Shown: positions 45,939-57,700 of the stretch, piece by piece | Position numbering within the stretch: the stretch's first letter is position 1 | Layout: every line of letters begins with the position of its first letter | NCBI GenBank assembly: GCA_000934665.2 | Contig: KZ538277.1 | Span: 1-64,000 of the forward strand | DNA from: Catajapyx aquilonaris | Taxonomy: Eukaryota | DNA: 64,000 nucleotides | Direction: 5' to 3' | Position numbers and translations under genes: made by a program | Notes under the pieces: generated by a model | Database searches by the model: none | Told to the model about the DNA's origin: nothing | The model's input: the letters and a program-made list of their open reading frames with translations, nothing else

Positions 45939-47447
45939 TTCTAAAGAATTATATCACAATAATTTATGTAATCCCCAGCTGATGAAAAAAAAGAAATATA
46001 TTTGATAAATGAAGTCATGGTAATGTACGTTACGGTACCATTTTTTACACCAATGATTATGATATTAATGTCCAAGCTAATGTGCTATAGGCAATTGGGG
46101 TGCTTTGTAATGTCATCTTTGTAGGTCTATATCGACCGCAAACTTCCGGTGCGTATTATTGAAGAGAAATACTCACAAGGACTACACATCACCGCCACAG
46201 GTCTACAACTCCATGTGGTTGGGGAAAACGCATAAATATTGTGATTCAATTGGGTCCCTGACTGAATGCCAACCAACCACCGACTGCGCCCTAAAGCATT
46301 ATATGCTTTTCCGGGTAAAAGTGGCGTATGGTTGACATGCACTCACGGCCAGTATAGTGACAATTTTATAGATTATTTGCCTGTCCCAAACATTTCTTCC
46401 CCACACAGTACCACCTGTTTTTGCGTCCGGTACGAATAAAAATGATCATTATTTGGACACGTTCACAGACCTGCACGCACTTTCGAATGGCTGAAAGCTT
46501 TTGTAGATAAGACATTTTACGTACATTTTTTTTTGCACGATGCTTGCCGTCACTCATTCAATATCAGATGCATGTCGTGGGTTTTTGCTTATTGCGACAA
46601 ATTTCTCTGAAGCCATCTGACAAAGGAGTAATTATGAATTATTTGAATGGGTTGTGTATTGTCTATTAATGGTTATATAAAATAAATAACATCCGTTAAA
46701 TGTTGATTAAAAAGCTGATTTATTCTGAGTGGTGCAACCCGTACTAAATGAGGTACAGTATTTAAAATAGGACATTTCACGTCATTATTTTTATTATTGT
46801 GCGTATAGCTTACTATCGGAGTAACTCAGCGGAAGAGCTACATTATCTTCTATGTCATAAATTTTTCATAATATTAGGATCATGTGCAAAGTAAGTAAAG
46901 AGGTGGCGCATAAAAGAACCCTGGATTAAATCATGTCATCTCATCCTGGGCCTAAATGAACTGGAAATTTGAATTTTCGCGACTGCTACACACGGGTGTT
47001 TTTATGAAGTCCGCATTAATTTTTTAAAAAAAGCATTGACGCAAGAAGTAGCGTTATGATTTATTATTAATATTATTTAAAACTTTGTAAATAATTACAT
47101 GACTCTTCAATGAAGCATAATACTGTACATGTATTGTTATGAAACGCTTCTTTAAAAACACCAATGACGGAATATTTTTGACTCGTGCGATTTTTCGAGA
47201 TATAATTTAAAAAAACATTTTCAGTTGCTTTATAAAATATAGAACATTATCCTAAATCACAGTTCAAATTCGATACCGTATATATGTATAGGAATTACTC
47301 TGGAATTTATTATATAATATTTCTCGCCTTTTATAAGCTAAAAATATGAACATTTGATTACGTAGACTGTTGCTTTAGCAATGCAATTCTTCGACTGTAT
47401 CATGTGTTGCCAACTTTTACAATATTGTGCAGATGTAAGACGTAAGG

Positions 47448-47510
47448 TAGAGGTGTATTGGTTAGCGCCGCAACCTTTCCATCTCGAAGGTCCCGAGTTC
47501 GATCCCCTAA
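47448..47510 (+). mobile_element. Truncated tRNA-derived SINE head (family B-like)
   Basis: GGTGTATTGGTTAGC...CTTTCCATCTCGAAGGTCCCGAGTTCGATCCCC. Confidence 0.55.
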
Positions 47511-48985
47511 ATGGCCTAAAAAGTCCAAGGAGGACTATCACGGGCTAACCATTATAGATGCAAGACGTAAGGCTACATTGTCTGAAACATTCAGTAAGTG
47601 ACTTCGCTTTTGTTTAGTCTTCGCCGATATCACGAATAATTACATAGAAATGCGAATAACAACTACCTCTTGGTAAGAACAACAAAAATACTCTAAATGC
47701 ATTGCACACTATATTCGCCCTCCACGCAGTTAGTTCTCTTTTATATGTCGGAACCAGAAATAGAAACATATACATACTGTAGATGTTACTATTTATGAGT
47801 ATTATTCGGATTAAAAACTATATTATGAGTGAGATTTACGATATTGACTCGTATAAATGTGTCTAACTATAAATATGTTTCCTTTGCTCAAGTCCATTCG
47901 TTTTATAAACCTGAACTTCCATAAGTTATAATCGTATATGAAGCTATGTGTGGTAAATAATAATTAGGAATCATTAACTCACTTTTAGCATCGATGTTCA
48001 CGCCGTCCCGATCTTCACCGAAACTAGTATCATTTTGAGAAGGGTGTCTGCCTTGTTTTCATTGTTAGCTTTAACCTATAGAAATTCTGACAAATTTCGC
48101 ATACCGGGACGGCGCCGCGCTTGGGTGGTACGATCTTGGAATGCTGCATATCGTCAGCATGCAAGTGAAATCCAAGCTCAGTTATGTCAGGTTTGTGCTA
48201 CATACTGCACGTAGCATTAATTCTTCTCTATCGCCTGGTGAAGTTCAGTTAATCCTAAATATTCATAATGAGCAAGTAAGCCAGAATTTTCTGAATTCAT
48301 TAGCATGTAAACAAGTGCAAGGTCCTCGAAACTGATTTTTTTGGAATTTGTTGTTTCACTAACTTAAAGTATACACCCCCAAGTGAATCATGGTGAAACT
48401 ATAGTACGTTTATTAGTGTGACTGACCATTCGAGTTTTGTAACAATATTCCCTTTGTGTAAATGCGCTTCACTTACAAATGACAGATAAGCTTTACTCCT
48501 TTAGCGGTAACTTCTCAGGATGCGAAAACCAACCCTCTTTACCAAATCAGTGTGAAGGTAGCAACTCTAGATGTCATCTTGTGTTAAAAGGTCATTAAGT
48601 GATGGGGTCAGAAAAGGGTGAAGGTACAGTACAAGGTGCAAATAGAGTCACTGACCCTATATATTAGCACCTCGCCTTGCCTGCCGGGCAGGAAATGCAA
48701 GGCTACTGCAGGACTATTCAACTCGGCTTATGATCATTTACTGTATAGGCTGAAGGGTTTCTCACTTTTGTGGTGACATTGACAGCACCTTCTCTGGCCA
48801 TACAACTGAAATCAGTGTATAGGCCTACTGTGTAGAAGGGGTACCTGCCACCCTGTCTGTCGTCTGAGATGGGAAGGGTTGGTACGGGTTGTTTATAGTT
48901 TTATTTTTACAAGTTTTAATTTAGTTCATATGTGGGGTTAACTTGCATCTCCCTTCATCGCTGACTACCCCTTATCGGAAAATGA

Positions 48986-49010
48986 GTTGTTGTTGTTGTT
49001 GTTGTTGTTG
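48986..49010. repeat. (GTT)n microsatellite
   Basis: Directly visible. Confidence 0.9.
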
Positions 49011-49574
49011 TGTGGACTACTCGAGACATGTGCGGAAATGTGAAAACAAGATAACAAAAATGAGATAGGGAATTTGATTCATTCATTTTCTTCGGGCACT
49101 TTCAGTGAAAACGGTGCAAAATAGGATGAAGAAAAAATGAACGACGCTAGATATTTAAAAGAGTGAATCAATTATTAAGACACAAGAGTCATAATGTTTT
49201 AAAATTTGCAATTTTTCGTACTTCAAAGGGCCTGATGAAGACATTGGAGAGTTAAGAAATTTTTATTCGTAAACAATTTCATCGTGATGGTAAATGAAAC
49301 CCAATTATTCAGTTACAGCTTATTTACGAATTGTTGATTTCATTATGCCGCTCTTAAAAAGCAAAATGCACTTCTAATAAATTGGGTTTCAGCTACTCTT
49401 GCAACGCAAAATTTAGATCAAAATTCACGCACATTCCAGCTAACTCTTTGAAGTTTGTAAAAATATCAGATTCGTAATATTTAGACCCCTCTTTCTTAAT
49501 TTATTGTGAGTATTTTGAAATAGTTCCAGCCTTCTCCCTTTTTTCATATTATGCATCGTAACTCTAAAAATATA

Positions 49575-49910
49575 GGGGAGGCGAAGTGGCGCAACGGTAA
49601 CGTTCGCGCCCACGGATGTTAAGGTCCCGGGTTCGATCCCAACCCGGGGACACCCCCTTCATCTCGTGAAGAGTAAAGTGCTGACTTCGTCTCGGGTGGA
49701 ATTTCCACAGACTAATCCACCCGGGGGAGCTCACAAAAACGACCACATGCGGACAAGGCACTGCACTTGCACATATCCCCTCCTGTCATCCCTTCCTACC
49801 CGTGGGCCCGGGCGCTGTATATAAATAGGATCCAATATTGTATTCTGACGATTAATAAAGGTCCGGCAAGACCCCAATAGGGGTACGCCTATACCCAATT
49901 ATTTCAAAAA
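49575..49910 (+). mobile_element. tRNA-derived SINE (family A, diverged subfamily with a different tail)
   Basis: Head and body align with the 16812 copy; TSD AACTCTAAAAATAT at 49560-49573 and 49911-49924. Confidence 0.88.
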
Positions 49911-50292
49911 AACTCTAAAAATATTAGTGTCCGAAGCAAACCCCCCTCCATTTGCTACAATAATTCGTTTGTTGCTGAGAATATCTTATAAAAATATATG
50001 CCTAATTCACATTAGGTTCTCCATTTCTTTGAAATAAACTTATAACGTGAAACATAGTTCGTTTATCAGCCTGCAGTTAAGTCTTAACGGTCATTTTAAA
50101 AGCTTCAGTTGCTCAACCCGGCCTAAATAATAATTGCGTACAAAATCTAATGAAATCTAATATCAAATGTTCTGAGATAAAGGCATGTACTGCCGCCATG
50201 TTATTATGAAGGATTTTCCAGGGCCTCATTTTGTAAGGAACGTTGGCAATTAGCTGCTTGTTTTAATCATTTTCATTTAAATATCTACATTT

Positions 50293-50482
50293 AGTGGTTA
50301 TCAAAAGTGTTAGCTGCTAATATTAGGCCGAATTAAATAATCTATGCAAGCTTTGAATTGATATGAATTTCCGAATGATAACAATCCATTATTGAAACAA
50401 TTGGCATCAAATCAATTTTTGAGAGTCCAGACCCCACTGGAGAAATTTAAAAGGATTAGCAGTTAATACTTTTGGTTACCAC
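50293..50482. mobile_element. MITE family E, copy 4
   Basis: AGTGGTTATCAAAAGTGTTAGCTGCTAATATTAGG...ATTAGCAGTTAATACTTTTGGTTACCAC. Confidence 0.65.
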
Positions 50483-51459
50483 CAAAAGTTACTATTCAAA
50501 AGTAGCTGCTTACTTATGAAAAGTTCAGTGCCAAAAATCGCTCAGTAAAAAAAAACAACTAAAGTTTCAATTGAAACACCCTGCACAACAACATTGCGAC
50601 AGACACGGTTTAAATTGTGAAATATACGTACAGTTAACTTAAGTATAAGCAAACTGTTAAAGCATAAATGCATACCAAGGCAGGGGAACATGCGACTTTT
50701 CTAAAATACCAGCAGTAAAATCTGATTTGCTGACATTGCATGCTCCTGCTTGTTAATTATTGCTTAATGAAGGTTTATCACTGCGTTATGTCTTGTTGCC
50801 GCTGCATTACAAATTAAGATAAGAGTTAATCGTATGTACCGCCCACTCTCATACAAATATTAACAACCTAAAGGTTACCTGCTGGGTAATACAATCAACG
50901 GAAAGTGTATGATGTATACCGATTAATTTATTGTCGTCAACAATACCATCTTCCCAGGCCCATCATAATTTCAGTGATTCTAAATATGCACATTTATCAT
51001 CATAACCCTAGCCAACAATTCGCACCATACACTGTTGATCGTAAACACATTTCAATCTCCAGCTTCTTTTCCCTAGTATCTACAAACAGCCTACGTAAAA
51101 CCCTTATCTATCCAGCGGGAAAAACCTGTTTCCGACATGAATAGTCTATTGACGTTTTTCCAATGCTGTCGGTGTTAGGGGAATGCAGAGCGACTGAGTC
51201 TATCTCCCGAAAGGTATGCCGGGACCGAGGGACAAACAGGCGATACCAGGGATTCAGCTGAGGGCGGGTAGACGATGAGATTGGTGGCACCATCCGAGAC
51301 GTCTCCAATGTGTTTCTAGCTAGCCTTTGGCGCAACCTGATAACCACAGCTTTTCCCTTCCTGCTACTACTACTGCCTAGGTAAATAAGACAACCTTGAT
51401 TGAAAAGCCGGGATCAGCTTCCTACAACCTACTTTAGGAGTCCGAATAACAAGGATGAC

Positions 51460-51532
51460 AACTCCTGCCGGGAATCGAACCCGAATCTCACTAGGTGACC
51501 CAGTGCGCTTTGAACCATTAAGCTACAGGAGT
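51460..51532 (-). pseudogene. tRNA-like cloverleaf (pseudo-tRNA or SINE head), TCA at anticodon position
   Basis: ACTCCTG TA GCTT AATGGTTCA AAGC G CACTG GGTCACC TAGTG AGAT TCGGG TTCGATT CCCGG CAGGAGT T: all four stems pair and A and B boxes are intact, but the anticodon loop is non-canonical. Confidence 0.7.
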
Positions 51533-53404
51533 TAGTATATTAGGGTAGGAAAGTGGTAGTAGTTCAAGGTGACTGTATACAAAAAAATAGCTAATAAATT
51601 CTTACCAAATGGGACCCTGTGTAGCACGCAACTTGCAACCTGCTACTCTGTCACAACACTGATTCCGAATCGAAACACGTGCGGAGCCTGGCAGCACCAA
51701 CACCATGGAGAAAACGGTACGGGGTACAACAAAACGCACGTAGACACCTTCGAGGAAGAGTATAAGTTCTGGTTTGAGGATCATCCGAGCACACTCGGAG
51801 GGTCAATGGCTTGCGGGCAAGTGACGCAAGGAGTGGCCTGTCCCACGCTTCATACTTCTGCAACTTTTCTTTTTCCTATCGTGCATGCGTTCGTGCATCG
51901 CGCCGCACAAATTAACCCGTCATTTCTGCAGCGTAAGAGTTGCTGTCCTGTGAGAGATTCCTAGGAAATGTTCTGACAATACTAGTAAGAGAGGAAAAAA
52001 AAATGGCGGATCGATGATATCAGATGCAATTTTTATGGTTCGTTGTGACAAGGGCTGGCATCTGGTCAATGTGTGGTGGTTCAGGTTAAGTAGCGCACAC
52101 AATTTTTGGGGAAGGTAAAAAACGTGCCTTGGGGCAATCTGATGAAGGTTGGACGCAGACAAGGTGGAGACGAATGTCAGCTATCGGTGACTTGCCAACG
52201 GCTACCTTCTTGTTCTCTCCTAATGTGCTTACTTCAAGACAAGCGATAAAGGTGAAAACAAGCGCGATTGTGAAGGATAGATGGTGACAAAACGTCAGCA
52301 GCGTCCCTGTAACTTTCCCCATGTTTCGCAACGGAACTGAAGTTTCCCCATGCACCAAGAACTGGAAATGGACTTGTGACAAGCACCCTTGCCAATTAGT
52401 AGTATATCTACAAGCCTAAGGCCTCGTAGTAATCACTTATCCTGAACAATTCAAAGCATCTTCTAAGGCTGGAATTGGCGGGTTGTATAAAGAGTCCCCT
52501 AGGGCCAAAAGGAAGCAATGCGGCAATTTGGAGACATCTTGCCGGACTAGTTGGGGAGTCTTCTGGCAAGAGCAGGAGCAACCCCGGCCTTTATTATCTG
52601 ATGGGAAGAAGCCAGCGAGTGTTCGCTTGTGTAATGCCAGCCGACATCCAGTTATCATATTGCCATTAGTGATTGTGGCGTCTTAGCGGAACATATGCTT
52701 TTATCTAAATTAAACAGCCAACCTTTTTATTGTCTTGCCGAGCTGCTCAGATGTTATCCCAGTCCCCCCCTCTGCCGGAAACTAAACGAGTTTGCGCCAC
52801 TTCCAACTGTTGTGCTGCGACCGACACTAGGGTCCTATAGGCGGACTATAGTCAAGGGAGGTAGTCTCTTGCAAAACGTCCACACTTCAACCTCTTCCTA
52901 ATCGCTTCATCATTTCACTCCTTTTTTGCTATTGGGATCTGATAATCTTCTGGGAAAGAAAGTAATTGCTGGCCCCGAGATTTCTATCTCACGGACATTA
53001 CAAGGCAATAATTTATGAACTGCATTGCCAGGCCGGGTTGTAATACAAAGGCGTCTGGATCTTACGGTATGTGATATGTAATTATTTTCATGCGCGCCGA
53101 CAAATGGCCCCGCTTTTGTTCCTCTTTACGTGCAATTAGCTGGGTCGATATTGAGAATATCTATCAGCACGTGCTGCCCTTGATGAAGATCACGTCTTCA
53201 GCCAAACGTTCAGACAAGGAAGCGATGAACCGCCTTCACAATACCATCTTTGAAAATATATAATTAAAAATCTGGTAGTCGGAAATGACCGCATGGTTGA
53301 TTCCATTCTCTTCAATTCACATCTACGACCATGGCCTACCAGCACCAATGTGCTTTTCACCTTGTTGTTAAAGGCTACCCACTTTCTACCATTTTCACTA
53401 CTTC

Positions 53405-53406
<2 letters not shown>

Positions 53407-53461
<55 letters not shown>
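53407..53461. repeat. (AAT)n microsatellite
   Basis: Directly visible; it explains the poly-Tyr run in ORF 53190..53723. Confidence 0.97.
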
Positions 53462-53462
<1 letters not shown>

Positions 53463-53842
53463 GGTCGTAAGTATGGCACTAGAGATGTTATGGCTCGTTA
53501 AAAATTCTATCGCTGGCTTATTATGCCAAACGGAAATCCTTGTAGGCAGCTCTAACGAGTTTATAGCAGGAATTAGGATCGTAAAATCCCCGCAGTGAAA
53601 ACATGCTACAAGTCGATCCGAATACGACCCAAGAATGGGTCCAGACTTACGCCTAGCCGGCACCAACCATGGTTCCTCCACAATCCTCAGGACGTCACTA
53701 TGGTGCCTCCCACGCACTTTCAAACCCAGCTAGATTTTGTCAAGGTGTCTGACTATAGCCTTCTTCTACTCTTCTACACCCCCCCCCCCAGTACCCCCCC
53801 CCCCCATCTACAATCCCCCTCCCTCTTACCCCCAACCCGCAT

Positions 53843-54085
53843 NNNNNNNNNNNNNNNNNNNNNNNNNNNNNNNNNNNNNNNNNNNNNNNNNNNNNNNNNN
53901 NNNNNNNNNNNNNNNNNNNNNNNNNNNNNNNNNNNNNNNNNNNNNNNNNNNNNNNNNNNNNNNNNNNNNNNNNNNNNNNNNNNNNNNNNNNNNNNNNNNN
54001 NNNNNNNNNNNNNNNNNNNNNNNNNNNNNNNNNNNNNNNNNNNNNNNNNNNNNNNNNNNNNNNNNNNNNNNNNNNNNNNNNNNNN
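53843..54085. other. Assembly gap (243 N) flanked by C-rich and poly-G tracts
   Basis: Run of N. Smaller gaps (40047-40056, 57341-57343, single Ns) also sit in G/C-rich runs. Confidence 0.98.
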
Positions 54086-54423
54086 GGGGGGGGGGGGGGG
54101 GGGGGGGTGAGTGTGTCTTGCTACATGTCATTCCTAGGCTGTCCGAGTATGAGCACGCAATTGCTCGGAGCGTTTCACTTTTTTAGGGCTTATTAATTCC
54201 TTATGGCGAGTTTTTTTTGGGGGGAGGAACAGGACAGGTTTGGAAGGTACAAAAAATTGTGCACTGAAACATTAAGTGATAATCAGATAGGTGCAACAAA
54301 GTCGCAAATTGTTGATGTTTGAACAAAGCAGGTTTCGCTGGAATTTTTTGTGGGAAAGGTGTGAATATATGAGTAATTTTGGTGGTGGTTGTTCATAATA
54401 ATATTACATGACAATTTAGTTAT

Positions 54424-54716
54424 AATATCTAATAATATAATATCTTACCCCGTTATCAGCCTTTTTCGGCTCTTTAGGGGGGATTTTTGTTTTGTCTGGA
54501 ACTCTTGCGTACATTTTTACTTTGCTTTTTGGGATAGGATAGGGAAGGAAGGAGGCTGCTGTGGCCTATTAATTTAGGAAACAACTCCGGAATTCTCCTG
54601 GAGGGACCGTGGGAAACCACAGAAAACCACGGTTGGAGTTGCTGGCCCCGGGGCTCGAACCCAGGACCTCCCGATTAGCAGTCGGACCCTATAGCCACTC
54701 CGCCAAACTGCTTCGG
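54424..54716 (-). mobile_element. SINE family C copy
   Basis: CTCGAACCCAGGACCTCCCGATTAGCAG head on the + strand; TSD ATGACAATTTAG(T/C)TAT at 54408-54423 and 54718-54733. Confidence 0.87.
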
Positions 54717-57700
54717 TATGACAATTTAGCTATGAGTTGGCGTCGAAAATTGCTGGAGTTCCAAACACTTCGCAGTTACAATTTTTGTTCAATTATTACA
54801 TAACGAGCAGTGAAAATGAAATATGGGCAATTTTCTCTACCCCATCCTCACATTGTTTCATTCATGCCTGCCCTGTAGTCCATTAGTTTATTAGCACCCA
54901 GGCAGGAAGGGTCACACCGGCAAGTTTCCGCACCTGGACTGACACAAGAATGAAAAGAGGAACCGTTCCACAGATGAAGGGGAAATAATAATAAAAAAAC
55001 GTACCAAACCGGTATGGCTACCGTTGGCAATGTAGACCTCAAGCTGTGGCCCCCTGCACGCAATACGTAACGCACAGGTCAACAATGTCACCTTTGATGA
55101 GCCCGATGCCATATAAAAAAAAGACACTGTCTACTCCAGAGAAAATTAAAGTAATTAATGGATGTTATCTTAATTCCCGTTTGCACGAACTTCCTTTTCC
55201 GCTAGGAAGTGGACGAGTCACGCTTTAGTTTGGATTCAAAATGTCAAATTAGGCCAGCTGAGCACCTGGTTACTTCAATAATTTTTTGGATACCCTATAG
55301 GAAGTTAGTTGCCCTTGGAACTGGTCAGGGGTTGACCCATTTGCAAAAGGCGGTATAATTTCCTAGGCCCCTGGTGAATGAAGTGATGAACGCCGCCTCA
55401 TCCATCATGTGACGTTAGCACTTTCTACATGCTACAGGCACCCCCCCCCCTGCCTCTCACTCGACCTCTCTCCACACAACCAACGTTTTAGCTACAGCTT
55501 CCTTTGGCAGTCACCAGGAAGAGGCCTACCTTTTTGCACACCAGGACTGCTGGACCTACATGTGTGAGTGTGTGGTGCTGTGTTTGTTTATAAAAATTTG
55601 GTGCGAGGGACAATATCGGTTGGATTTGGCGGTTAAGATCCGCCATGTTTGTCCGGACATTTTGTAGAATTTGTGAATTTGTAAAAAACAAACCGCCATT
55701 TTGTGGCCAGATTTGACCCCTTGTTTGTCTGGCTTCCGATTGGGAACAGTCCCCTGGAGGGCCTTTTTCTGCTGATTCGGAGGCGAGAAAAAGGCGGTCG
55801 GATATAAATCAACTTGATAAGATACTCCAAGCCCTAACTTGTACTTAAGGCATCTAAATGGCTACTTAAGCGGAATGGGTGAGGATTTGAAACAACATGT
55901 TCAACAACCTTAGCTGATGCTCACTAAATAATTTAGCGGGCAATTTTGTTATCCAGGCGCACATGATTCACCGCAGCCCGCATAAATCTTTTTCCGGGAG
56001 GGCTCNCCCCCCCCCCCAGACTTGGTACACCCTGAACCATGGTGGGATCGGCATAAAATGGGGATGGGTTCAGTTTTTCACTTAGCTTTTTTTTGTTGTT
56101 TGACCGGATGTAACGCTTGTTGTAATTGCCCGTCTTGTTCTTGCTAATTGAGCAGGAGTTGGTTCATTACAGGACAGGCGACAACGCCGGAACATAGCCG
56201 TTAGTTTTAAGGGCTGACCCCCCCTATTTTCTAATTGTTGTGATTTATGAGGTGGAACCTACACCTGGTGGGGTCTACCTGAATATTTTTTTTGGTCCAT
56301 GCTAACATTTGTTGTACAAGATAGTGTCTAGCGTTAGTCATCATCGTGGCTACATTTCACTTTGTAGTCCGGTAAAAATGTGGCTATTTTGGACCCAAAC
56401 AAAATAACCTGCTGAATTTATTAGGAGATTAACTATGGTGTTGGGCGATATGCCTCTAGGCTTTCCCCCCCGGATAATTTGCTTTTTTTTTCGGGAGATT
56501 AACCACCCCACCGTGTTTTTTTATTATCAAAGCGTTTGTAAATTAATGCTTATTTATGAAAACCCACTCAAGCTAAGAGATATCCAGCGTTGTATCCAAA
56601 CTAATCAATATTCAATATTTTGTGCGCGGGTCTTATCTGTGCACGTCTGTGCTTTTCATAAAGTACAGGACACAAAGTTCGGATGGCGTTTGCGCATTTG
56701 CATCGATAAGGTAACGGTGCAATATCAACAACAACAGATAATGAAATATAGGCGTCCTGATTGGCCAAACCGAATCGATAAATCAAATATTGCCCCAAAT
56801 CTGTTAAGATAGAAATGTTTCAACCTAGGGAGCCCAGCATTGTTGTCCTGTCACGTAACTTATCCGTTCAAACTTGGATATTATTTCCGCTCCCTTTTCA
56901 CGGTACAGTGTACGGTACATCGGTCCGAGTTCGACCGTTCCGAGTAATATGAGAATGCGAGTGCCCTCTCGCGACCAAGAACAGAACTTCTAGAGCTCCC
57001 AAGAAAATATCAGCTCCTTTCAACTGATTAGCCCTGCTATTCTTTTAACTCTTGATAAATTAGGTTTGAAAACTGCCATTTTTTTTTTCAACTCCCAACA
57101 TTCATAAATTAGGTTTGAAAAGTGTCGTGCAGTCACAACAATTCCGTGACCAGTTCAATGGTGGTACCTGCACGTTTCAGGACTATTAATTACACGGCAA
57201 TCACTGAATGAAGAATATGATAGGAAAAAAGTAGAATAGGAAGAGAATGCTGGCGTAATTGATGTGAAAAACGAGCTGGAAGAGGGCAGAAGTCAATTTG
57301 TATGCGGGTAAAGTCTAGTCTTATATGCTCGGATCCCCCCNNNCCCCCTTATATAGCCTAGCTACACCACAATGGATATTTTTCTCCCGCCCAAGTAAAA
57401 GTGACATTTCATTACGTAAAAGCTGGGAGATAAGATGAATGATTAAAATAGTGGAAGACAAGTTGCGACTACATTCATCAGAGTCGCGTCCCGGTTAAAT
57501 GCTGCCGTGCATATAGCGGAGGATAGAGTAATTGCCATGTCCACTTAATCATTCCTGGAATGGGTGTAAAAAAAATGAAAGAAATCCAGTTGGCATTACT
57601 CTATTTAATTCTAGCTAAATTCTAACTATTGGGTGAAGCGGGGAGTATTGAATCCGTATAAGGCCGCTAGGTGTCTCCCCCTGCTTGTTTTCCTCTCACA

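Noticed and set aside
51569..51964. 131-aa ORF with a protein-like middle (DTFEEEYKFWFEDHP)
   Set aside because: No recognisable family and no convincing splice context; BLASTx would be needed.
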